Below, one piece after another: positions 10,592 to 22,909 of a stretch of 64,000 nucleotides of DNA. Source of the stretch: Takakia lepidozioides. Lineage: Eukaryota; Plantae; Bryophyta. Under the pieces are notes generated by a model that worked only from the letters and a program-made list of their open reading frames with translations, was not told the origin of the DNA and searched no databases. The position numbers and the translations under genes are program-made. Within the stretch, counting starts at the first letter, position 1; the number at the start of each line of letters is the position of its first letter. The DNA is taken from contig CM060732.1 of NCBI GenBank assembly GCA_030704615.1, positions 31,620,001 to 31,684,000 of the forward strand, written 5' to 3'.

Positions 10592-13500
10592 ATGGGGAAG
10601 AAGCAAAAGAAGCCCGGCAAGGGCAAGGAGAAGACAGAGCGCAAGACTGCCAAGTCCGCGGAGAAGCGCGCCAGGCGTGATGATAAGAATGTTTCCGAGG
10701 AGGACGACATTGATGCCATTCTGGTGCTCCTCTTGGACCCCTGCTTGTGGTTTCTGGCTATTGTTTTCTACGCTAGGCTGGAAGAATTTTAGTTAATTCA
10801 GAGGACGAGACTTTGCAGCGACAAGAGGAAAATGAGGACTGTTTGAAAGTCTACTGGTGGGTTTTGAAAGTAAGGATTTGAGCGAAAGTGCAAGCTTTGA
10901 GTGCCTTTACTCGTAGCCTCGTATTTGACCTCCCCGATGACACTGCAAATTACCTTACTTGTGGAGTTCGGATCCAGTACATAAAGAATTTGGCAGAAAA
11001 TATGGGATTGCTTCTATTCTGTAAATCAATGCAGCGTCCCCAAGGTTCAGAAATGAAGTCAGAAATGCAGATGCAGTTGAGCTATTTGGTTGATCTATGT
11101 CAAGCGAATTGTGTAGATAAAATTAACGTCATTCAATGAGTTGCGATTTTCAGGCCAAAATCCAGAAAGAGGAATTGAAAAAAGTGGCTGTTCAAGTTGA
11201 TGATAATGTGCCGACTCCATCACCCCGATGCAATTGCTCTGTAATATTTCTGACTCTTGACTTGGATGCACATCCTCTGTGGTGTCTGTCACTCTCCTTT
11301 GAACCTTGTCTAGTCATGTTACCGAATGCAATGAGTGACTGGGATTCTATTTGCATGCTATGCTGACAATGGACTTGAAGAAGGGAAACAAGCACCCACA
11401 TGTTGGGACTCTATCAGCAATTAAAATCGTACCTCTGTCACTGTGACTTCCTTACAGGTGGCTAGTTAATTGAAGACATTATTCTGAAATGTTACTGTCA
11501 GCGAGTCAATGAAATGTTGTTGAGTAACAGTGGGGATTATGAGGAGTTCTGATTGATCCCTTTTCCCAATTCAGGTGACGATAAATCCTCTCAAGGAAAC
11601 CGAGCTGATCTTTTATGGGGGGGAATTTTACAACGGTGACAAGGTTAGCCATTGCTGCACTTTGAATCCATGAGGAGGTTGTAATGCTTTTGTCTGGGAA
11701 AGAAATTAGTCTTTTTGGCAGGAATAACGAATGACAAGTGGGTGACTGAGCAACAATAGTGGGCTTAATCGGCTACGTCAATGAGGATTGAAGGGCAAGA
11801 AATGGTGGCATACTAAAGGGTATACGGTTCAGACATATGTCTATGGTGATCTGCACAGATACAATGTTGAAAAGAGTGAGTGGAAGCTGGTGTCCAGTCC
11901 CAACAGCCCTCCCCCGCGCAGCGCCCATCAAGCTGTTGCTTGGAAGAATTACCTCTTTGTCTTTGGTAACTATTTTATGACTCTCACCTTGATGGTAGTG
12001 TTAAGGGCAACTATTTCGTTTCTGGCATATTCTGTTGGAGGACCTTTTCTGCACTGGAAATATAACCTGATTTTCTCCTGGGTTGGATGTTGTCCAATGC
12101 ATGCCTTTTTGCACATGCCTTCTTTACCATTGTCAAGCTCTTGGGACGATGCTCTCTCCTGCTACCAATATGTGGAAGCAGGTTATATGCTTACCACCAT
12201 TACATAGCAACTTTTTAGCTATCGCACCTTTCCTGCGATGTTTATGTTTGTTTGGTTTTGTTTTCCCATGTAATTACTATGTAGGTTTGTTGCAAATTCA
12301 GGTGGGGAGTTTACTTCACCAAATCAGGAGAAGTTCCACCACTATAAGGTGTTGAATGTGCTCCTCTTGCCTTTTCTGCATTTTAGCTCCTACTGTCTCC
12401 TTTTGCTACCCGGTTGCTGATTATGACTGATGTTTATAGTTAGCAATGACATAATGCCAATATTTGGTGGCTATCAAAGTGTTGGTATTAGGATAGATGT
12501 GAAGTCGAAAGATGCAAATTTTCTGGTCAAGAGCTGAGATGAGTGGTACCTATTGGTTTTGCTTCTGAGTCAAAGCAAGACTAATGCAACCAAACCACTT
12601 GGCAAAGGATCTGTGCCTGAATATAGTGGAATTTTTTGCTGCACTGGTGCAGGATCTGTGGAGATTTGACCTCAATACAAATGTATGGGAGCAGTTAAAT
12701 CTGAAGGGCGCTCCCAGTCCTCGGTCAGGTCACCGAATGGTAAATTCACAGCCACAGCTTCCTCAGTGCACAAGAGGCAGAGAAGCTGTAGTGTCCACAG
12801 GAGGCCCAGAGGCTTATGAGAGAAAATATCATTGTACTTGTGGACCATCTGTTGTTGAAAATTATGAAATTTAGCAGGCACTTGCAAAAGAACTGATGGG
12901 TTCCTGCTTTGGTACATGCTTACTTTATATCTTGTAGTTTCCAAAGAAAGAATATTGTCTTCGCCTTGTAGGGCTGCTCAAAAATAGGATTGTGGTCCAT
13001 GCAGATCCTGTACAAGCACAAGCTCATTCTATTTGGTGGCTTTTATGATACTCTTCGTGAAGTCAGGTGATCAGCCTTCTTGTACAGCAAACATCCTGTC
13101 GCTCTGGAGACCATATTATTATGGCGGTAGCTCTCTCTTAGCTGTTTGTGTCTCTCCATAAGGCCAACGAACATAAGTAGGGCTATCCTAGGCACCTGCC
13201 AATCTACTGGTAATAGAAGGACCGGTCATGCAGTCTAAATATGTCTGCAGAAACCTGGACTCAAGATTGAGACCTAAGAGGTAGTTCATTTTGGTTGGTT
13301 GGGGAAAAGATAAGTGTGACATTTAGTGGTAGGAGAATAGGCTAACTGCACCTCGCAAACACACTTTTAGCTCAATACAGCATTGCTGATCATACTGGAT
13401 ATTTGCCTGTGCACTTAAGAGAGGAACAAATGGAGAACTTTACACTTCAAGCATCTGTCTCTTTAGGGAGCACAGACGAATCAATGAAATACAGGACAGG

Positions 13501-16500
13501 AACTCTACAAGAGAGAAGAGTGAAGAAGAATATTACTCTGAAGAGAGAGATGTGATACCTTCACTGTTGTTGAACAGAAGAATTACAGGAGTATGGAATA
13601 ACGGGGATAGATTGGGAGAATCTTTTGCAGTACTAGAACTGGGTTTGGGTAGTTGCGAAAGTATGCCTCCCCGTCAAACTTACCGTTATGAGGCCTGGGA
13701 TATGGTTTTTGCAGGTATTTCAATGATCTCTATGTACTGGACCTGGATGACTATAAGGTGGGTGCCTACTGCTGTCATTGATTAATGGAGAAAGCAACAT
13801 GAAACAATATTTGGGTCATCATAGTGAGAAGACAAATCCTCTTCAGTGTTTTTATTTCAGACACGTCTTATGTGAGAGTTAAAATTGATAGCAGGGACTA
13901 ACTCAACGGACAACTTTCCTGTGGCTTCTAATAGTTTGTTATTGAAATGAGTGGGTATTGAGCCTTGTTTTACCATGTCCAGTGGCAAGAGATTAAGCCG
14001 AAGCCTGGGGCTACCTGGCCAAGCCCCAGAAGTGCCTTCCAATTTGCGGGTTTGCTTGATGAGGTGTGCTTTCTTCCATCTTTTGTTGTGATCATCTGGT
14101 TGTTCTCATCTCTTGTCAACTTTTGTAGAAGGGTTTGGTTTCTGTGATGTATAATTGTCTCTTGTTTGGGCAGCAACAGCTTGACTGCGTTGCTTGGGCC
14201 CTGCTAGTATTGTGTGCTGAACTGTATGTGGCATTGTGATATGCTTTTATAGTTTTGATGATATGTGAAGGTGCTGAAGCTAAACAGATGTGTAAGATGG
14301 CTGCAGATATTCTTGTATGGAGGATACTTCAAAGACTCCATGGCTGAGAAGGAGGGGTCAGAAAAGGGCACTGTTCATGCAGACATGTGGACATTAGATC
14401 CCCGCACTTGGGAGTGGAATAAAGTGCGTTCTATGTATTTTGTGTTTCTCATTTAAGCATTTAGTTAGGAATGAATTCAGCTTCCACATGCTAAGACGAT
14501 CTATGTGTATTTAGGTCAAGAAACTGGGGATGCCCCCAGGGGCAAGGGCTGGATTCTCAATGTGTGTGCACAAGAAGCGTGCAGTTCTTTTTGGAGGTGT
14601 GGTGGACACCGAGGATAAAGGTATGGTGCAGTTGTGAGGTGCTTCTCGTCTTTAATGCAGACAACTACATATATAATGCGAATCTCTTTTCATTACTCAT
14701 TCTGTATCTGAATGGCTTTCCTGCCCCGAAATGCCAGGTGTCGGTCATTGAATATCTCTGACATTTTATTCTTTGTTGCATGTGCATCTCATAGGCTTTG
14801 GCAAGCTGTTGTTATGGTCCATGATAATTTTTACTCCAATCTAGAGAATAGTGCTAGAAAATGCTAGAGAATAGTAAACAACTATGAGGGTGACCAAGAA
14901 TGTGCTCTAATTGACTCATAGGAATTCTATCTGAGTCTAGCTTTTAATGTTTTTGGATGTTTTCAGTGTATATGAAGTTGTTGGATATTGGTCTGGAACG
15001 GATTATTTACTAAGACAGGTAGGGGAATCTCTGGAGTGGCAACTAAAATGGGTGCTAAATTAGCCGCTCATAGTGCAGATGTGCTGCGGAGTACTTTCTT
15101 GAATGAGATGTATGCTTTTCAAATGGATAATCGGCGTTGGTTAGTCGTCCCTCCCATCTATGTCCCTGCTGCGCATGTTTTACATCTTCCTTTCATTTGT
15201 TTGTTTTATAAGTGTGTTTCGCACCTGTCATCTTGGTCGTTGTCCTGGTTCTACTGACGCATCTGGGGGATCACTTTTTTCACTCACCCCTCTTCTAGTT
15301 TTTGGTTGGCAGGTATCCTTTGGAGTTGCGTAAACCAAAAATTGCAAAAGGCAAGGTAGGATTCTTAATTTACTTCTTTTTCTTCTGTCTTATATGCACA
15401 TGAAAGGACCGACCAGATTTCTGCATAGCCTTCACATTCGTCAGGATTGAGTACTCATATTGGTTATATGGAGGATAGATGAGTAAAATAATGTGACAGG
15501 AGAGGTAAATCCGCTTGATGATGGCTTCCTCTCTATAACTGTCATAGATAGTATTATCGTCCAAACCTTGGGTACCTTGCCCAAGGTATAGTATTATGGT
15601 TTGACCATACAAGCCTTGCCTTCTATACTCTATTCTTACTTGCGTGAAATGTGCAGGCAAAGGGACAATCTGAACCAAAGAAGGCCGAGGAGACCAGAGG
15701 TAGTGGCAGAGCAAAGCGTAAAGCCAATGGGGAGCTTGGGGCTAAAGCTGACACTGATGGGGACGTTGAAGGGGAAAGAGAACCAGAGGTCATGGACGTC
15801 GATGATAATGTGCGTACTGCTGTTGATGATATGGATGCTGTGGTCGGGGTAGAAAGTGAAGGATTGGCCAAGCGGATTGAGGACACTCTAATTTGGGAAG
15901 AGGCGGAAACGTGTGAGGGAGAAAGGTCGGAGGCAAAAGGTGACACTTCAGTATCTGAGTCTCTGCCAGAGTTGCTGTTCAATGATTCCAAGGTAAAAAT
16001 CTTGGTCCCTTGAAATGAGATATTTCTTCTGAGGCGTTTTCCACAATTGAGAAGTGGCATGGTAAATAGGCAACATGATAGTTTGGGGAATGTGTAGCCT
16101 CAGAACCTTTAGAACGAAGTACACTACCCTACCCTGGTTACAAGGTAGCAATTTCTACTGAGGATGTCTCCGCAAACCTAACGAGTGATGTAAATTCTGT
16201 GGGTTTCTCCTTCATACGTTGTGTTGTTTGCTTACTCAAGTAACGCAAGTACAGTTGGATGATTACAATTGGCCTTTGTCATTGATCTGTCTATCCATCA
16301 GTGCCGCATGCCTTTTGGGTGCAGGTAGTGAGGCCATGTGGGCGCATTAATGCAGCTATGGTGGTTGGCCGAGACACACTTTACCTATATGGAGGCATGA
16401 TGGAAGTAGGAGACCGAGAAGTAACTCTTGATGATCTGTACACTCTGGACTTGAACAAATTGGATGCCTGGAATATGATTATTGAGGCAAGTCCTCAATC

Positions 16501-17878
16501 TCTGCTTTTGAAGAATTTCAGATATCCGATCATTTGGGTGTGCTGAGAGCTAATAGGGTATCATGTGTTGTGATGTCTTCAGCCGTTGACTGAAGTTGTA
16601 AGGTAGGATGTGACTGACAGATGTGCTAGTTTGGTGCAGGCCACAAAGACAGATTGGGTTGAACCAGGCGATGATGATGATGATGACGAGGAGGATGACG
16701 AGGAGAATGAGGATGAGGATGAGAGTGGATCTGAGACGGACGATGATGATGTGGATGAGGAAAGTCATAAAGTGAGCACCTTCTTCCACTTTTTGTTGAG
16801 GGTACTTTTTACCATCCACTAGTTTGACCTTTTTTCTGTTAATGCTTAAATTATTGATGGCTTGGCAGGCAGATAATGGAGGGGTGAGTGACCCTCTCTC
16901 AGCAGCAGAAGCAGCGGCGGCAGTTCTAAGAGGTGAGGGCAAGAAGCTTCAGCGGAAAGACAGGAAGGCAGAGATTGGCAGAATACGAACTGAACTTGGT
17001 CTTGCAGATTCTCAACGCACACCTACGGTGCGTCAAACTCACCACCCACTGGTCACCTGACCTCTTGAGTCGCCTAAGAAAGGTTTCTCTGTTTTAATGG
17101 AAACAGTCTGTTTACTCTGAACCAATAGGACTTGTCTGCAGGTGGTTTTCTTGAATTTGAGTCCGTAAGTTTAATGGAATAGGTTGATGCCAGGTGCCTT
17201 CCGAAACATTTTGGCATTCATTCTTGTCCAGTGGAAAAACAGTGCCTTCCACTCTTTCGTTCTCTTTCACAACTAAACTGCTGGAGTATGGGTAATGCAG
17301 CCAGGAGAGACTTTGAAAGATTTCTTTGCACGAACAAGCATGTACTGGCAAATGGCAGCATATGAGCACACCCAGCATACAGGCAAGGAGCTCCGTAAAG
17401 ATGGCTTTGACCTGGCCGAAGGCCGCTACAAGGAGCTTCGGCCTGTCCTTGATGAGGTGGGTGTCTTGCTCTGTACTTTGTCCCATCAGCCCTCTGTGTG
17501 TGTTTGTACTTGTGTCCCTTGGTCCCTTTGGGGGCCTCAGGCAGACAGAAGAAAACTTTTTCTCGTACTTCTTTCTAGTAAGGTTAAAGACATCTTTTCA
17601 CAACTGCACTCTTCTCTAATTTCCTGGTGGAAAGATCAGGGAGTTCTTTTAGGAAATGGGCCACATGATGTTGTACTAATTGTTGGTCTCAACATGGGGG
17701 TGGGTTAGTGAATATGAAACTTCCAATATAGTGCATGTGTAGTAACCAAATGGTGGATATGGTCATGTGGAAACAGTTGGAGAAGCTGGAAGCAGAGCAA
17801 AAGGCAGTGGAGGCCGAGGAGGCTCGCACACTCGCTGTCCGCAAAGGCAAAGATAAGCGTCCTGGAGCCAATAGGTAG
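10592..17878 (+). CDS. KLHDC4: Kelch-domain-containing protein 4 homolog (Kelch repeats plus C-terminal DUF4110), about 19 exons
   Basis: MGKKQKKPGKGKEKTERKTAK start; PSPRCNCS; TELIFYGGEFYNGDK; SPNSPPPRSAHQAVAW; GAPSPRSGHRM; RPCGRINAAMVVGRDTLYLYGG; acidic tract; PGETLKDFFARTSMYWQMAAYEHTQHTGKELRKDGFDLA; stop TAG at 17876-17878. Confidence 0.93.
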
Positions 17879-20129
17879 CGAGCCTCTGTTACATGTGTCC
17901 TTCGCACTCCTATTTTGGGCACATCAAGGCCTAATCATGAATCTTTGGTAGGGAGTGGGGGAATGCTTCCCTTGTTAGTGACATGCAGTGCGAATCAACC
18001 TCAGCCACAGGTAACCGGGTCAGAATTATCCATAGTTAGTGGTCAGTGGGTGGCCCAAATCATCTTAATCCTGGTGAGTGAATGAGCACGAATGTGACCT
18101 AATTACAGCGCTTACTATCAGCCTAAGCAGGTTAGTTTGGGGTCTGGCATGATTGTGCAGTTTAGGTTTCCTTACATCCACAGAACTGTTTCAGTAACAT
18201 GCACTACTAGACTGTCATCAAGCCTTCTCAATTCCAATGTTTGTTAGTTTCCAGCTCCAGTACAGAAAGTTTTGGCATACATTTTGGGAGGACTCTGAGA
18301 GAGACGGGGTTGGGCAGTTTGTCCATGAATTTTGAGACATGGTCCATTGGAAGTTTGCTCTTGTCCAGTTCGGGCGTGACATGAAATGCTGATATATTGG
18401 AGCTTCATCTCTGCTTGGAAGTTCTGGAATCATGGCCACTTTCATTTGTAAAACTGCAAACATATCCATTGTGTGATTGGCAGTCTGCTCTTTGAATTTC
18501 CTGTAAAGAAAAGTTTTCACCATGGGTCTATCCTGTCTATCCAGCCCATTCAGGCCGCAGCAGGGAAAATGAAGTAAAGCAACAACTATGAAGAGCTACT
18601 TCGGAGAAAAGGAAGTAGGACTACATCACTTCACAGCATCTGGCCCTCAAATTACTTTTCTCCTGCATATTTTGCGAAAAACAGATTCAGGCAAGCTCTT
18701 TAGAGAGTGTGCTACACGGCGCATCCTCTTATAGATATGTGAATTCACGCATGACCGCCCTCACTAACAAGACACAAAAACCCATTCTGACTAGTGCAAA
18801 CCAGAGAGGACCTTGGGCCTCAACAACAAACACACTTTGATAGCTGCTGATTTTGCCACAAGTGTTGGATGAAGTTGCTACTTAGAAGGATTATTTGAAA
18901 CAAAGGGCACTTTTGAGGTATCTCTTTCCCTCCACACATCTTCTCCTAGTTCCTAACCTCATTTTTCCTGCTTCCTCTGTATTGCAGGGCCACACATTCA
19001 TTCATTCATTCATGCACTCGGGAGAGTATTGGAATCCCACACAAACAACGACGACGAAACTTGAAAGACAAGGAAAGGTACTTACGAGTAATAAGTGGGT
19101 ATAATACGCGCAGGTACTCTGGCAGACCACGCGTAGCACGAGAAATGCCTGGTGAAATAATTATCCCATAACGTTTGCACCAACGAGGCGCTGGAAGTTA
19201 CTATAAAGGGGCATGGGCCTGCCTTGCACATCACGGTCTACTACCCGCCCCCTTCGAATCTCGATTCTCGATATTCGCCGGCGCCAGTAGACCCTAATTA
19301 TAACCCAACATGGCAGTCCAAACTCTCGGGGTCCTGTCAGAGGTTCGAACCCTGGTCGGCCGCCGACTGGCGTTGTGGTCGGAGCGTGTCCGCACCGTCA
19401 GACGGGCCCCAGCACCTGACCGGGCCTCGCGGTCACCTGGGGTGACCGGATATAGCAGTTACTCGGCGAACGGGTGGATCACCCCCTGACCTGACACCCT
19501 AATAATCGCATTACCCTACAAGGAATTGTTTAGGGCGAGCGTTAGGGCGCGCAAGTCAACCGCGTGTAATGTGCGCGGCTGCTATCCGTTGGTACGGTGG
19601 CGCGATATTTGGTGGCATCGATGCTTTGCTCGTTGCTGCTCCCAATTATTATTACGACTGTGGCTCGGGGAATCCTGGGCGGGCTGTTGAACGGTCCTGT
19701 CAGTCCAAAAGCCCGGGCCCCCTCCCGTTCCCCCACATCAACTCTCCCGCAATCCATCATAAATTCCACGGGTTTATGGCTCTTATAAATATTGCCGACT
19801 TATCCCATGTGGATGAGCACTCTCTATTTGGCACGTGTGGATAACTCCTTTCTTTAGAGCGGTGTACTACATCTTAACAATTATTTTAATAAGGACTTCA
19901 TTTTAAAATTGAAAACATTTGTTTACCTTTTTACCTTTTTTATTTAAAAGAAGGGGACAATCACTGCTATCGGTGTGTGTGCCTTCTGGTGTATGGGGGT
20001 TTTAATTGTTTTTCCCACAATAATTCTAATAAACGTTCACCGAAAAAATAAAATTTAATAAAGTTAAGCTCAGGGCCACTGTCCCCTGTTTGAAAAAAAA
20101 AAAGGGGGGGATAAAAAACTCGGAATTGC

Positions 20130-20392
20130 ATTGGAACTAACCAGGTGATTCTGGGTTCAAATCCTGCTACCTTGTCGGGTGTGGTATAATCGTATAATCT
20201 TCTCCCCCTTCCCTCGGGCTGTGTTCCTAGAGCCTGGTGCTCGCGCCTCTTGGAGAGGTTACTATGAAAGAGGTTATTTTCTCCTCTCACTATAATTAAG
20301 GGACCTGATTTGTGAGCGGCAGTCGCTCCCCCGGGTGTTTCACCTTAAGAAGAAAAAAGAACTTAAAAAGAAAAAAGAAAAACCTCAAGGGC
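20130..20392 (+). mobile_element. tRNA-derived SINE copy, 5' degenerate, with A-rich tail
   Basis: B-box GGGTTCAAATCC at ~20153; body collinear with 60900-61130 (cttg.cgggtgtggtat, gaaagagg.tatttt, ccggg.tgttt); A-rich 3' end. Confidence 0.6.
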
Positions 20393-20636
20393 CATGAAAG
20401 CAACGACTCGGCAACGAGGCAACATCCAGTAGGTTGATTTCTTTGTTTTTCTGTTTTTGGTAAAAGAAAGGGGATGGAAGCCCGAACTTTATAACAGATG
20501 GACAGAAGCCCAAGGAGTACATTGACGAAAAAATAACCTCCTCTAAATGTGCCATAGAGGCTGATCCAAGAAGACAATGCTTCGAGTTTGTTTGATTTGC
20601 AATGAAAGGGCCAGAACCCACCATTGGCTTTTTCTT

Positions 20637-20700
20637 TCCCCTCCCTCCCTCCCTCCCTCTCTCCCTCCCTCCCTCCCTCCCTCTCTCCCTCCCTCCCTCC
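20637..20700. repeat. (CCCT)n microsatellite
   Basis: Direct inspection. Confidence 0.9.
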
Positions 20701-22909
20701 TTATTTAAAAACAAACAGGGATCTTATTTCAATACTTAATACTGAAAGTATCCCTGTTCGCGTAAAAAAAGAGAAAAAAAGAGAAAAAAAAAGTGTCACA
20801 TGTTTCATTTAGTGTTCTAGAAATATTCCTCTAGAAACTAAGTTCTGTATGAAAGAAAGCTGGATGGTCTATTTGAAGGTTTCGATTGAATTTGTCAGAA
20901 AAGAACTAGATCGAATCTGAACCGATGATGGTTAGATCCTTTTACCAGTCTTTGCGGATCTGATGTTTGGAACCGACGGTGCTGCTTTGAGAGTGGGAAT
21001 TAGGGTTTAGCACACATGTCACGTTGGGTTCTGACACACGAGTGGGGTGATGGACATGATGCCTGCCCACGCAAATATCTGCGGGCGCCATGTGCCAGCG
21101 ACGAGATTGGGCCTGCCACCAAATGATAATCGACTGCGGTCCATTGCATGTCACGCGAGCCCTTGCAATAAACAACGCGGGGCAAATCCGCAGGCCTGAT
21201 TCTGGAGGCGACCATGGATGTTGATGGAGCCGAGTTGTTCGAGATGTTTTGTTGGTGGAGGTATCGACTGCGAGAGGGAGAGAGAGTCGTAGTTTCGTGG
21301 GCAGCGCGCATGCATCATGTTTGAGTGTGTCAAAGGAGGGACCCCACCAAGGGCCTGAGGGGGGTGGGCCGGCCGGGCACGGTAGACTGGATTGGGTGGT
21401 AGGAATGCGCGTGCTGAGTAGATATGAGAGAGAGACCTGTTTTGGACTGATGAGAGATTGGAGGGTGACAGGGAAGTTGCGAGAGAATAGTAAAGAGGGG
21501 GGATGATGAGAGGCGTGAGATGCAGGGCTGCACTGCCAAAGGACACCGAGATTCGAGCAGGCGACACTGACCTAGACCGGGTCATGCTCCTCACTTGTCG
21601 CACGTGTCTGTCGGCCCTGCTTTCGACTCTGCAATTCCCACATATGCCTTGCCGGAGTTCACTGCTTTATCCTTGCTTGCATATAATAAGTAAGAGGTGT
21701 AAGGAAAAGGATCGAAGGAACATTCCTTCCTTTTCCGCGTGAGGGAAGGTTCGCACTCAACGCTCTTTGCTCTTCCTCTGAAGGTGACAAACGTCTTGTC
21801 AACAGCCTCACTTACTCGATCGATAGACACCCCCTTCACGAACCCCTTCGACAAGGGCAACGATTCTGCTGCACTCTTCAAGTTGATCACACAATCACCT
21901 GTACATACAAATATGTATCCTCTGCGAAGAAGTTAAAGATGATTCAAATTGTCCCCAGTTCAAGGAATAACATTTGCCCACCAATCAAATTTGCCAGTGC
22001 ACACAGACACACATCTCCTCTACTAGCATGACCAATGTTGGATACAAGTACTATCAGAAATGGAGACAACAGGAAGCTGCAGAGGGTTGCATCCATCCAA
22101 CTGTGAGCTAAGGTCCTCTGCCTAGTGTGGTAGAGGATGCCGGCAAAGACCCTCCCTCCTTCAACAGCCAGAGACATGTGAAACAAAACCTTTTTATTAC
22201 ATCCAGGCCTCTTGGCTGGGAACTCTTACAAAACTTCCAACATTAGGAAGGAGAATCCCATGCTGCTTCTGGACCCAGTGACCCAACTTCGTGTTGTATG
22301 CAGAGTGCCACCACCCTGTTGGCGGTGCCTTTCCCTTAAAAATCGCAACTGTATAGCGCATGTAATTTTGCAAGATCCAGTTCGGACAGTGTTCATCAAC
22401 CTGCTCCCCTACACTGTAGCCTTCCTCAGCTTCCAGTAACAGAGTCTTAGCTTTGCCAGCCTTGCTTTGGGGATTAGTGAACTTACAACTTGCGATTTCT
22501 GAATATCCTGTAAGCAGGGAATGGGGAACACATAAAAAACTTGTAGACTGATGGAGATCTCTAGACTTCATCAGCCAGGACCTCCTGGTGCGCATCATCT
22601 TTCCCCCTGCCCTGGTCTCCTTTTCTCTCTACACCATTATTCTCCAAAACTGGAAAAATACCTTCCATGTCAGTTTCGTCAATCTGGAGGAATTCACCTG
22701 TACCTGCACACTACCCCTGGATGGAATTGCTGTACACTCAGCTGACGCACAAATCCCCAACAAGAGGCAGAAACCCCCCATTTTCCATGCGTTTTGTTCT
22801 GAGTAACCTCTAGAAGCATCAGCAGCAGAATGCACTGCTGGAAAAACTGCCCCCACTTGAGCAAGGCTTGCCGCCAACTTGAAAACAGGCGGGAAGGCAC
22901 TCTTGGGCA

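Noticed and set aside
18218-18523. 101-aa minus-strand ORF downstream of KLHDC4
   Set aside because: No recognisable motif or exon structure.
21591-22720. Open frames downstream of the YTH stop codon
   Set aside because: Phase does not fit the preceding exon and no homology is recognisable; probably 3' UTR.
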